Source: Guillardia theta CCMP2712 (Eukaryota > Protista > Cryptophyta). From it: 35,726 bases of DNA. How positions within the stretch are numbered: the first letter of the stretch is position 1; each line of letters begins with the position of its first letter. The stretch lies in the NCBI RefSeq assembly GCF_000315625.1, contig NW_005434596.1, forward strand, positions 338,120-373,845, in the 5' to 3' direction. Under the pieces are notes generated by a model, which made no database searches, was not told the DNA's origin, and worked only from the letters and a program-made list of their open reading frames with translations. The position numbers and the translations under genes are program-made. Below are positions 18,841 through 31,800 of the stretch, piece by piece.

Positions 18841-19335
18841 ATGCACCATCCCTCCGACGACGAGCAGCTCTCCCTCGCCAAGGTCAACGACTGGCTCAAG
18901 GCTGATAACGGTCGCTCCTGTTCTTCGTCGTCAGACCTGCCCCACTCCAAGCGGTCGTCACCCGGACGACACCATCCCAGGGCCGCAGCCCTCGCCAGGA
19001 CGGCTTCGTGCCCTAGTGGCGGCAAGATCGCCGAGCGAGACCAGCCCGCGCCTTCCTCCAAGAGTCTAGACTCCCTCGTCATCAGGGACGAGGAGCACGC
19101 CAGCTCTGAGTCCGCGCTGTCGTCGCTCCTGACAAGCCTCTCCTTGAGCTGGTTGGAGAGGACGTCGTCCGGGACCAGCCTCCACAACAAGGACACGAAG
19201 CCCCTACCGCTCCCAGCGACGACGAGAGCAGGGGGCCTGCACGACTGGGAGGAGAAGGCGCTGGCGGCTTCCCTGCGAGCTCGCTGCATGGGCGTCGCAT
19301 CAGACTCGAGGCGGCCGGCGTCCTACAGCATGTGA
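18841..19335 (+). CDS. Intronless Ser-rich orphan protein, 164 aa, copy 3
   Basis: One amino-acid change (DWLNAD>DWLKAD) and a synonymous CAT>CAC change relative to copy 1. Confidence 0.6.
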   Translation: MHHPSDDEQLSLAKVNDWLKADNGRSCSSSSDLPHSKRSSPGRHHPRAAALARTASCPSGGKIAERDQPAPSSKSLDSLVIRDEEHASSESALSSLLTSLSLSWLERTSSGTSLHNKDTKPLPLPATTRAGGLHDWEEKALAASLRARCMGVASDSRRPASYSM

Positions 19336-19888
19336 GGGCGGGCATGGCGGGGCTGAGAGGCGTGAGGCAAGGTACATAGGATAGCTACCCAGGCGTGATC
19401 GCAGTCTGGATGAGGCGACGCTACGAGGAGATAGAGGATCGAAGTTCACTGTTATGATCTTGATGTATATCACACATGAATGTACGGTATACACACCATG
19501 CCATGGGAAGCAAGGGCTGCGCTGCCTCATCCTGGCCTCATCGTTCAACTTACGGTAGTAGTTTATTGACTGAAAAGCAAGACTCAATGAGGCAGGGACA
19601 ACCCCACCTACCCTTCAGTGCTGGTAAAAATTACCCCTACTCATTCAAAATCACAGCCGTGATAACCGTTTGTAACTGTTGGTTTTTATTGTGATCAATA
19701 GGCGGGTGATAGCAACTAGGGGGTACTTTGCCTTCTAACAATAGTCAAAAAGGGGGTGGTATGAGGGGATGGGTGGGGGGTGGGGTTCGCCGAGTAATGC
19801 CCGAAAGAGCGAATGGCGGGAATTCTCGAGGTTGAGGAGGAGGAGCAGAAGATGATCTAGTTTTTGACCTCCTGCTTCCTGTCGTAAG

Positions 19889-22800
19889 ATGAATGCATCA
19901 GAAGAGAATGAGCTCTCAGAAGCCCAAGAGCTGCCGTCCGGCGGTCTGGTGGCGATTGAGAGGATTGCTCAGTTCATCGGGTCACTTGCTACCTCCATCC
20001 TGGAGGTCAGTCCGAAGGAATGCGCGACTTCACTCCAAGGAGAGGACAACCTCCAATCAATGCGCCTGTTTATCTCAGAAAGAGATGTTTCCTCCATCCT
20101 GGTTGTGTCTCAACCCAGCAATTCCTCATCGAAGCTGTCGCTCTACACAGGTTCGTACCAGTCAACCCTCCCTGCACAACCTGATCTTGCTGACGGTTGC
20201 ATGCCCCTCAGATGTCGCAGCTGACTGGAGGAAGGGAGACCAGGCGGCAAGCGCCATCGTCCTGATCAAGACCAACCCCACTTTAGAGCAATCCACCCCC
20301 CTCAATGCTCAAATCCAAATCTTCACCTTGGGCCAGGAAACCGTGGTCGATGTCATACACACATACGTCCAAAGGTCGTTCAGGCCGCTCCTTGAAACAC
20401 ATCACACCAAGCAGGGTCAGGGAGGGGGAGCTGAAGCGAACACAAAAGACGCATTAACGGGCATTTCGCTGGTCCGGAAGAAGGTTGCGGAGCTCGAGCT
20501 TGCCTTGAGGAATTGCCAAGAAGAAGTCAAAGTGCCAGATATCAACCTCAGTGAACATGTTCATGGAGAGATTCGAAGTCTCATTTCGAACATCAACGCC
20601 TGCAGCAATCAGCAAGACAGAGAAGAGATCAAAGAACAGTTTCTTGCCAGGTGCAAGTGTGGTCCAATAGTCCACTGAACGCTGACGAGAGACTATCAGG
20701 TGCAAGGGCAGTGAAGACCTGAAGGACTCGATGTGCAAGAGCATCCTTTCCTGGCACAAGGAGCTCCATGACCTCTCCTCCCTCTTCGAGAAACGCATGT
20801 CGTCACAGGCTGATTCCAGTCCCTCGAACGAGAGGGAATTCTGGATCAAAGTCGAGAAAGTGATGACCAGTGTATCGGAGCAAACAAAGATGCAGGAGGT
20901 TGATCTAACGCTAGAAGTCGTGAAGAAGCTGAAGATCCGTGGGCACATCCCCAAGCAGGTTTGCCCTTGTCTTTTGCTTCACCGTCCTGTAAACTTTGGT
21001 TTCACCTCCTCCAGTTCGAAGAAGATGTGGCAACTCTGCACTCAAAGCTAGACCATGCTCAGAAGATCAATATCCTCATGAAAGACTTTCCCGTCAACGA
21101 AGTGCAAACAGCACCGGACTTCCAAACTGTGGGCGGCGCTGTGCTCAAGGTATTAGTTCCCATGTTGTGAAAGTAAACCACTAAAATTCCACATTCAGGT
21201 TTTTGAACATCTGAAGAAGCACTTGCTTCGCTCCCGCTATCCCATCTCCCGAGCTGGCTTCTTGCTAGAATCAGTGTCTGCAGACTTGAACCGGAAACTT
21301 CAGGAAATCCTCAAGCGCAAGATGTTGATGGATCTGAAATATGACGACTTCGTGAAAGTGTGCGGCCATTTCCATCCCAACCTGGTCAAGGGCTATCAGA
21401 GCAAGGCGGCAGACAGTGCAGCAAAGTCTGACAGCTGGAGCTTTGAGAGCTGCAAGAGCATCTTTGACGCCTGGGAGGCGAAGGAGCGAGACTTCATCAG
21501 CGACACGAGCAAGTTCAGGAAACTGAGCAAGGACGCTTCCTCCGACAGCGACAAGCTGAACCTCGAGCACCAGAGGCTGGCAGACAGGCTGTCAGCCGTC
21601 TCTTCCTTCCGAACCAGCCACGAGAACCTCAAGCTGGTGATCGTCAAGGTGATGAACTCGTCGGACAGGAGGGGGCAGAAGCACGCGGGACTGTCAAACT
21701 TGCAGTTCAATGCCTTGCAGGTCCTCAAAGAAGCCTTTGACATCGTCCGCTCGCTGGATGTCCTTGACATCTCGAAGGAAGGGCAGGACGCGTGGGAGGC
21801 TGCTTCCTCCCAGTACCTCGACATGATCGAGCGGGTTGAGTCGCAGATGACGATGACGCTGCGGAACAGCCTCGGGGCAGCAAAGGATGCGAAGGAGATG
21901 TTCAAGATCTTCTCTGTCTTTAGCCCTCTGCTAGTCCGGCCGAGAATCAGGTCGGCGATCCAGGAGTACCAGAACAAGCTTCTGCTACAGGTACCCACTG
22001 CTCCTGCCACCTCTTCGCCTGACTGGCTGTGAACAGGTGAAAGACGATGTCAAATCTCTGCAAGAGCGCTTCAAGAGGAAGTACGCTTCCTCCGAAGCTC
22101 TCCGCATGTCCCACGTACTCGACCTCCCCCCTGTCGCCGGTTCCATCCTGTGGGCCCGGCAGGTGGAGCGCCAGCTGAAGATGTACATGCAGAGGATTCA
22201 GGATGTGATAGGGGAGGGCTGGGAGGAGCATCCGGAGGGTCAGAAGCTGAAGCATGAGGGGGACGCGTTCAGGGAGAAGCTGGACGTGACTCAGAGGTTT
22301 AGGAAGTGGCAGGAGGAGGTTCTCAACGGCAACCAGCTCCTGATCGACTCGTACAACACGGACACTTTCCTCTCCCACCCGTTCCGCATCTCCGTCACTG
22401 CGCAGAACGAGGTTTCTCTCGAGGTGAACTTTGACTCGAATCAGATCTCTCTCTTCAAAGAGGTCAAGAGCCTCGCGCTGCTGGGCTTCAAGATCATCCC
22501 ATCCATCGAGAAATATTCCCTCGAGCTAAAGAAGATCTTCCCCTTTGCCACCTCCATCTCTGAAGCCATTCGGATCTACTTCCAGGCCTCCTCCACGGTT
22601 GACGCCACCGTTCACGTGCTGCTGGCGAGGGACAGGCGGAGGATGCACAACCTGATCAAGATCGGGATCGATCAGAAGGTCTTCCCCTGCCCCAAGGACA
22701 TTCAGCGAGAAGTTCTGAGAGACTTTGAGAAGTTTCCAAACTTCCTCGAAGACTTTCTGAGGAGAAGAGAATTCGACCACCTGGAGATTTACTCCCGCAA

Positions 22801-25800
22801 GCTCTACGAGTGTGCTCTCTCCTTTCAAGGTAAAGTCCATGCGGTCCACGCCAGGTACTCGACGTTGGACTCACTGATTCAGAGCTTGAAGACGTGTCAA
22901 GTCGACAAGAAGTCCTTCCAAACAATCATGTCAGCCATACAGACCTCAGTGTCGGATCTAGAGCTTGAGGGCTACTCGAACTTGTCAAGTTGGGTGGATG
23001 ATCTTGACAAGAGGATTGAGCAGATTCTCTCGGAGAGGCTCATGGAGATCGTGAGCAGTTGGGTCATGTCAATCCGCGCCATGTCAGACGACGTTGAGGT
23101 CCCAGCAGAGGTCCAAGCAGAGGTGGCAGGGGAGGAGGGAAAGTCGTTCTCTACATTTCTCGACCTCGTCTCCAGCTCCAGGACCCGCCACGAGATCAAG
23201 ATCCGAGACTCTATCCTGCAGGTGGAGCCTCCGATGGAGGCGGCGAGGGCGAGGCTGTTGGACAACTTCTCGGACGCACTCTCGATTATCGGAGACCTTG
23301 ACAGGGTCAAGCACACGGCCTACTCCGAGTTCACCGATACCAACATGGCAGACGCCTCCAGTGCCAAGTTTAAGGACCTTGTCTTGAAGCTCCCGGCCGA
23401 CCTGATGTGCAAAGTATTCGACCTGGTGGACCAGCTCGTGCTGTCCTCGGGCAAGTACGCCAGCTCCTGGCTCAACTACCAGGCCCTGTGGGACATCGAC
23501 ACGTCAACCGTGATCTCGAAGCTGCAGGACCAGGTGGAGGACTGGCTGGACGTGCTGAACCAGCTCAGGGCGTCGCGGTCGATCTTTGACACGGTCGAGA
23601 CTGAGAAATCCTTCGGCCCGGTCACCATCGACTTCTCCAAGGTGCAGCATGGGGTAGCGATGAAGTACGACATGTGGCATAAGGAACTTATCGTAGCCTT
23701 CAGCTCAATCCTCCTCGAAAAGTTCCGCCAGAGGTTCAATGAGATCCACCAGTGCAGGGTCCAGCTGGAAGACCAGCTGTTTGTCCAGGAGACTTCGCAG
23801 GCCGTCCTGTTCCTGACCCTCATGCAAGACCTCGAGAGCCGCAAAGAAGTCTGGGAAAGGGACAACCAGACGTTCGGGCGAGCTGAGCGGACGCTGAGCA
23901 AGCACAGGTTCCGGTTCCCCTCCGACTGGTTCTATTTCGAGAACGTGGAAGGGGAGATGATGGCATTTATGCAAATCTTCACCAAGAAGGAGCAGGAGCT
24001 CAAGGTGGAGATCCCGAGCCTCAGGTCCAAGGTGAGCGAGGAAGACATCGTCGTCTCTGAAAGGATCAAGACCTTCGTGTCGGACTGGAGCTCGAACAAG
24101 CCGCTGCAAGGAGGAATCGTTCCCTCCGTCGCTCTCAACAACTTGTCCATCATGCAATCCAACGCCGTGGAGCTGCAGCAGAGCTCGACGCGGCTGGTGC
24201 GGGCCAAGGAGATCCTGGGGATGGAGCACGTGGAGGCGGATCGGCTGAGTGTGGTGGTGGAGGAGATAACGGACCTGAAGGAAGTTTGGCGAAGTCTGGT
24301 GGAGCCCTGGGAGAAGCTGCAGGCGCTGGGGGAGACGGCATGGAACGCGGTCATGCCAAGGAAGGTGCGAGCGGCACTTGACGACATCCTGCAGTCCCTC
24401 CGGGACCTCCCGACGCACGTGCGGCAGTACGCGGCGTATGAGCACATCAGCAGGAGGTTGAAGAGCCTGGCGAAGGCCAACGTGCTGCTGGTGGACTTGC
24501 GGTCGCAGGCGATGAAGGAGCGACACTGGGAGCTGCTGGGCCAGAGGCTGGGGGTGCGATGGCTGATGAGCGAGATGACTCTGAGCTCGGTGTGGGAGTC
24601 AGACCTGGAGGCGAACGAAGGAACGTTCAAGGAAGTGATCGCCATGGCGCAAGGAGAGCTCGGGCTCGAGGAGTTCCTGAAGCAGATCCGAGAGCACTGG
24701 CAAGCTCTCTCGCTGGAGCTCGCGCCGTACAAGCAGAAGGTGTCGCTGATCCGAGGATGGGACGAGCTGTTCTCGAAGCTGAACGAGAACATCAGCAGCC
24801 TGTCCTCGATGAAGAGCTCTCCCTACTACAAGGTGTTTGCGGAGGAGGCGAGCTCGTGGGAGGGGAAGCTGATGAAGATGCGGGAAGTTCTGTCTCAGTG
24901 GTGCGACGTGCAGAGGAGGTGGGTGTACCTGGAGGGAATCTTTGTGGGCAACGCAGATATCAAGTTCCAGCTTCCCATGGAGTTCTCCCGCTTTCGGACC
25001 ATCGACAACGACTTCATCTCCCTCATGCGCAACGTGGCGAAGCTCAGCCTCGTCATGGACGTCATGAACATCAAGGACCTGTCGAGCTGGCTGGCGCGCA
25101 TCGACGACCTGCTGATGAAGATACAGAAGTCGCTGACCGAGTACCTGGAGAAGAAGCGCTCCTCCTTCCCGCGCTTCTACTTCGTTGGGGACGAGGACCT
25201 CCTCGAGATCATCGGCAACGGCAAGAACCCTCCCGCCATCCAGCGGCACCTCCGCAAGATGTTCTCGGGTATCCATCAGATCGGCACGGCAGGAGAGGAG
25301 GGGAGGATAGAGTCTGTCTCCTCCTCCCAGGGGGAGACCGTCCGCTTCAAGGCTAAGATCCTCTACTCTGAGCAGACCGAAGTCAACGCGTGGCTGTCGG
25401 AGATGGAGAAGGAGGTCAGGACTACCCTGTGCGAGGGGCTGGCCGTGAGCCTCAGCGTCTTTGAGCCGATTCTGAGACGAGAGGGCATGAAGAGAGAGGA
25501 ACTGTTCAAGTGGATGGATAGCTTTCCTGCGCAGATCTTGATCCTGTCACTGCAGATTCAGACATGCTCTTTGATCGAAGAAGACCTTTCCTCCTCCTCC
25601 TCCTCCTCCTCCTCCTCCTCCTCCTCCTCCTCCTCCGTGTTGAGCCGATCCTCCTCCAAGTGCAAGGAGTTGTTAGAGACTCTTGCCGAGTCGATCGCCT
25701 CTGAGATGACTTTCCTCACGCGCAAGAAGATTGAGAGCTTCGTGGTTGACCTCGTTCACAGTCAGAATGTCGTCACCTCGCTTCAAGACAAGAAAGTTTC

Positions 25801-28800
25801 CAGCCCCTCGGACTTCGCCTGGCTGTACTTCATGCGCTTCTACTTCAACTCTACCGAGGTCAACCTGCTGGAGCAAGTCAGCATTTCCGTCGCCAACGCT
25901 CGCTTCCTCTATGGCTTCGAGTACCAGGGCGCCATCGATCGCATCGTGCAGACTCCCCTCACCGACAAGGCCTACCTCACCCTCACCCAGGCTCTTCACA
26001 GCAGGATGGGCGGCAGCCCCTTCGGGCCTGCGGGGACGGGCAAGACGGAGACGGTCAAGGCCCTGGCCAACCAGCTGGGGAGGTTCGTGCTGGTGTTCAA
26101 CTGCGATGAGTCGTTCGACCTGCAGGCCATGGGCAGGATATTGCTGGGACTGTGCGAGACCGGAGCATGGGGCTGCTTCGACGAGTTCAACAGGCTCGAG
26201 GAGCGGATCCTGTCCGCCGTCTCGCAACAGATCCTGACGATCCAGTCGGCGGTGCGAGAGGGGAGGAGGGAGATCGAGCTCATCGGTCGGAGCCTCAACC
26301 TAAACCCCAGCATCGGCATCTTCGTGACCATGAACCCGGGGTATGCAGGGAGGAGCAACTTGCCTGACAACTTGAAGCAGCTGTTCCGTAGCGTCGCCAT
26401 GACGAAGCCGGACTCAGAAATGATCGCACAGATCATGCTCTACACTCAAGGCTTCCGCCATGCCAGGCTGCTGTCGAGGAAAGTCGTTCCCCTCTTCCGC
26501 CTGTGCTCCGACCAGCTCTCCTCCTGCGTCCACTATGACTTCGGTCTCCGTGCCCTCAAGAGCGTCCTGGCAGGTGCCGGGCAGGCGAAGAGGGGCATGA
26601 AGATGCAGACGAACAAGGAGGGGGAGGAGGAGGAGATTCTCATCAAGAGCATCTGCGGTGCTGTGGTGCCGAAGCTGCTTCCGGACGACATCTCCCTCTT
26701 CTCCAGCCTCCTCCTCGACGTGTTTCCCAACGCGCAGGTCAAGGGCTTCTCGGACGATACCTTGCTCCCCCACATCGAAGCTGTCTGTTCTGACTACGGC
26801 TACACCGCCAGCCCTCAGTTCGTCGAGAAGCTGATGCAGCTGCAGCAGACTCTCTCCATCCACCATGGCGTCATGCTGGTCGGCCCCTCGGGCACCGGCA
26901 AGTCAGTCGCCTGGCGGATCCTCTTCGAGGCTCTCGAGAGGATGGAGAGGAAGGCCTCGCCGTCCTTACCCTCAGCGAGCAGATTCTTCCAGCTCGACCC
27001 CAAGGCCGTGGCCAAGAACTCGCTGTACGGGTCGCTAGATCCGACGACGAGGGAGTGGAAGGATGGCATCTTCACGAGTATCCTGAGGAAGATCGTCGAG
27101 AACTTGCGAGAGGATCAGCCAGGTCGCCAGTGGATTGTAATGGACGGGGACGTTGACCCCGAGTGGGTAGAGAACCTCAACAGCGTACTGGACGACAACC
27201 GTCTCCTCACCCTCCCGAACGGCGAGAGGATTAGCCTCCCTCCCTCCTGCAGGATCATCTTCGAGGTCGAGGATCTCGAGCACGCGACTCTTGCTACCAT
27301 CTCCAGGTGCGGCATGGTTTGGTTCGGGGAGAACACTCTCTCCCTCCCCCAGCTGCTCGATCGCGCTCTGGTGTGCGTGCGGGGGGGCATCCAGCCAAGC
27401 TCGTGGGTGGACTTGAGCTCGGCACCCCAGCAAGAGCTGGAGAGCGTCTGCGCGTCTGCCATCGAGCCCTTGCTGAAGGCTGACGAGCTGGTGGATCAGG
27501 CGATGAGACACGCGGCGGGGCTGGAGCATGTCATGCCCTTCTGCCGTCAGCGAGCGCTGGCTGCCCTTGTGAGCCTGCTCTCCACCTCCATCACGGCGAT
27601 CGCCGAGTACAACGCGGACCATCCCAGCTTTCCGCTGAGCAGGAGCACGATCGAGAAGCTGATGAGGAAGCAGCTTCTGCTCGCGACCATCTGGGGGCTC
27701 GGAGGATGCCTGCAGCTGTCGGAGAGGAACAAGTTCGCTCAGTTTGTCTGCAGCGTGTCCTCAGTTCCCCTTCCTCCCACCGGCGAAGCTGACATCCTCG
27801 ACTTCGAGGTGAACATGGAGGATGGAGAGTGGACGAGCCTGGAGAGGAAAGTTCCCAACATTGAGCTTGACGCGCACAAGATCGCCTCCTCCGACGTCCT
27901 CGTCCCAACGCTGGACACCGTGAGGCACGAGCAGCTGCTCCAAAGCTGGCTGAGGAGCAGGAGACTCTCGATCCTCTGCGGGCCCCCAGGGAGCGGGAAG
28001 ACAATGACGATCGCATCGACCTTGCGCTCCCTCCCCGATGTCGAGCTTGTGTCTCTCAACTTTAGCAGCACCTCCTCCCCCGACCTTCTGCTCAAGACCT
28101 TCGAGCACTATTGCACGTATATCAAGACAATGGAGGGAGCGATTCTGGTGCCGCAGGTCAGCGGCAAGTGGCTGGTGATCTTCTGCGACGAGATCAACCT
28201 GCCGGAGACGGACAAGTACGGTACCCAGCATATCATCTCCTTCCTCCGCCAGATCGTCGAGCTCGGAGGCTTCTGGAGGCCCAAGGACCTGACGTGGGTG
28301 AAGATGGAGAGAGTTCAAGTCGTCGGGGCCTGCAACCCTCCCACTGACGTCGGGAGACATGCGCTTTCTTCTCGTTTCCTTCGCCACGCCTCCCTCCTCT
28401 ACGTCGACTTCCCAGGTCGAGAGTCCCTTCGGCAGATCTACGGGACGCTGTGCAGGTCGCTGCTGAAGTTGTCGCCCTCCCTCCGATCGTTTTCCGACTC
28501 CGTGGCGTCCGCCATGATCGAAGTGTACGAGACGTGCAAGAAGCAGCTGAGAAGAGATGCGCACGCCCACTACATCTTCAGCCCCAGGGAGCTGTCCAGG
28601 TGGATGAGGTCGTTGTATGAGGTTATGAGACAAAAAGATCTGATCAGTGCCGAGACTCTCGTCCAGCTGCTCCTCCATGAGGGGCTCAGACTCTTCGCCG
28701 ACCGGCTGGTGGAGGAGGAGGAGAGGCAGTGGGTCGACCGGACGATGGACGAGGTTCTGTCAAACAATTTCTTCGGAATCGACATGGGCGCTGCTCTTGC

Positions 28801-31800
28801 TCGCCCTGTCCTGTTCTGCAACTGGTTGTCAAAGGACTACTCGGTTGTCGACAGGGCGAACCTGAGGGAATTCCTAAAGGCAAGGCTCAAGGTGAACGAC
28901 CTTCTCCCCTCTCCACCACTCCCGTTCCCTCCCTCTTGCCTCCTCCCTTCCCCCTGTCCCGTCCTCCTACTCCTTCTCCTTGTCTCCTCTCCTCCCGTCT
29001 CCTCGTCTCCTCCCCGTCTCCTCTCCTCTACCCCCCCCACTGTCTCCACTCCTCCTCTTCGACTTCCTCGGCTTCCCTCTTCGTCCTCCTCCACGTTTCT
29101 CTCCTTCTCCTCCTCGTCTCCTCCCCTTCCGCAACCCCGCACTCCCTCCCTCCCTCCTCTCTCGCATCTTCTTACTTGGTCCTTCAGGTCTTCTACGAGG
29201 AGGAACTCAACGTCCCCATCGTTGTCTTCAACCAAGTCATCGACCATGTCCTCCGCATCGACCGCGTCCTCCGCCAGCGCTTCGGCCACTGCCTCCTCAT
29301 CGGAGCCAGTGGGGCTGGTAAGACAGTCCTGTCGCGCTTCGTGGCATGGAGCGGGGGACATTCGGTGTTCCAGATCAAAGCGCACCAGGGGTACAAGCAG
29401 GCAGACTTCGAGGAGGACCTGAGGAAGGTCATGAAGCGAGCAGGCTGCAAGGGGGAGAGCGTGTGCTTCATCTTCGACGAGAGCAACATCCTCAGCTCGG
29501 GCTTCCTCGAGCTGATGAACGCACTGCTGGCTTCAGGCGAGGTGCCAGGGCTCTTCGACGGGGACGAGTGGTCGTCCCTGATGCAGCTGTGCCGGGAGTC
29601 GGCGCAGCGGGAGGGCTTCATGCTCGACACAGAGGAGGAGCTGTACAAGAGGTTCACCGACGAGGTCCAGCGGAACCTACACGTCGTCTTCACTATGAAC
29701 CCTTCCAACGCTGAGTTCACCAGTCGCACCGCCACGTCTCCTGCCCTCTTCAACCGATGTGTGGTGGACTGGTTCGGAGACTGGACAGAGGAGGCACTGA
29801 AGCAGGTAGCTGAGGAGTTCACCGAGGCGCTGGACCTGGAGGCAGGATGGGAGGATGGCGAGAGGAGGAGGCTGCGGTCGGGGCTGATAGAGAGCCTGTG
29901 CTTCGTTCACCAGGAGGCGACGAGGATGTGCGAGGAGCTGAAGAGGAAGGACGAGCTGAGGCTTCACATCACCCCGCGGCACTACATCGACTTCATCCAG
30001 CAGTTTGTCAAGCTCTTCAGCGAGAAGAAGTCAGAGATTGAAGACCAGCAGCTGCACCTTCACGTAGGGCTCAAGAAGCTGCAGGACACCCAGGAGGCCG
30101 TGCAGGTGCTGAACCAGAGCCTCGAGGCGACGAGGACCGAGCTGACGGCCAAGGAGAAGGCGGCGAACGAGAAGCTGCAGCAGATGGTTCACGACCAGCA
30201 GGAAGCTGAGAAGCAGAAGAAGCAGACGAGCGAGGTCAGGGAGGAGGTGGAGCAGCAGCAGCAGGAGATCCAGAGGAGGCAGTCGGAGGTCTCGCAGGAG
30301 CTGCTGGAGGTTGAGCCTGCTGTGCAGGAGGCGAAGTTGGCGGTGCAGAACATCAAGAAGTCGCAGCTGGATGAGGTAAGATCGATGATGAACCCGCCAG
30401 CTGGGGTCAAGGTGACGATGGAGGCGATATGCGTCATGCTCTTCGACGTGAGGAAGCCGACGTGGGACGAGATCCGCAAGCACATCAGGAGGGAAGACTT
30501 CATCCCCGGCATCCTCAACTTTGACACCGAGGCGTTCAAGAGCGACGGCGGCCGCATGAAGGCCGTTGCCTCGTTCCTGGACGACCCGGAGTTCACCTTC
30601 GAGCACATCAACAAGTCCTCCAAGGCCTGCGGCCCTCTTGTCAAGTGGGTCTGCGCGCAGCACAAGTTCGCCAGCATCCTGGAGAAGGTCGCGCCGCTCA
30701 GGAAGGAGGTCAAGCAGCTGCAGGATGCTGCGAGCGAGTCCGAGCGCCGACTGGGGGAGCTCTCGGCGCTAGGGGAGGAGCTGGAGGAGAAGATCGCGAG
30801 CTACAAGTCGGAGTATGCTGTGCTCATCAGCGAGACGCAGGTGCTCAAGGGGGAGATGGCGCGGGTGCACGAGAAAGTTTCGAGGTCGGTCTCCCTCCTC
30901 CACAACCTTATCGGGGAGAAGGAGAGGTGGGAGAAGCAGTCAAACTCATTCGGCTCCTCCATCGTCACCCTCGTCGGGGACGTCCTCTTGTCTTCCGCTT
31001 TCCTCGCCTACTTCGGCATGTTTGACCAGGTCCATGATCTCTTCCTAGTCCTCTGCCCCTCTGCTCCTTTTCTCACTCCTCCTCCCACTCCTCCTCCTAC
31101 ATAACGTGCTGCTCCTCAATGTCCTAATGTTGCACTACAGGATGCTCGCTCTTCGCTCTTGAGGAGGACCCTTCAATTCCTCAACAAGGTCGGGCTGCCG
31201 GCAAAGGAAGATTTGAGCTTTGCAGAGTATCTCAGCAAGGTAAAACATCCACTCTCCCCTCTCTCCTCTCCCTTCGTATCGACTCTCCTCGTCCTCCTCC
31301 TCGTCCTCCTCCTCTCCCCTCCCCTCATTCTTCGCTGCTCACTCCTCTCGCTCCCTACCTTCTATGCCCTTCTTTCAATCTTTCACTCTCCTTCCTCCCT
31401 CCCTCCCTCCCTCCCATCTCTTCTCCTATGTTCACTCCTCCCTTATCTCCTCCTATGTTCACTCCTCCCTTCTCTCCTCTTCTCCTCTCCTGATCCCCTG
31501 GCAGCCGGACGAACGTCTCTGCTGGCTGTCACTCGGTCTTCCTTCCGACTCGCTCTTCGTCGACAACGCTGTGATGCTCAAGAGATACAACCGCTACCCC
31601 ATGGTCGTCGACCCCTCGGGCCAGGCTACCTCCTTCCTCATGCGGCTGGTAACCAAACCTCCTCTCCTCCTCCTGTCCCTCCCCCTCCTTGTTACCATGA
31701 ACATGTCCTCTTTCTTCGTACTCTATCGCACCCTCCTCCTCCCCTCTCCCCTTCTTCCCTCCTCCTCGTCCCCCCTCGTTCTTCCCTCCCTCCCTCCTCC

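Larger units (their letters stand above)
15214..19490 (+). repeat. Tandem triplication, period ~1.65 kb
   Basis: Equivalent ATGs at 15529, 17187 and 18841 (spacings 1658 and 1654). Coding parts are nearly identical and the two internal spacers differ at only a handful of sites. Confidence 0.97.

Noticed and set aside
15214-19490. Tandem units as LTRs or a transposon
   Set aside because: No TG...CA ends, primer-binding site, RT, integrase or transposase seen; the units are head-to-tail gene duplicates.
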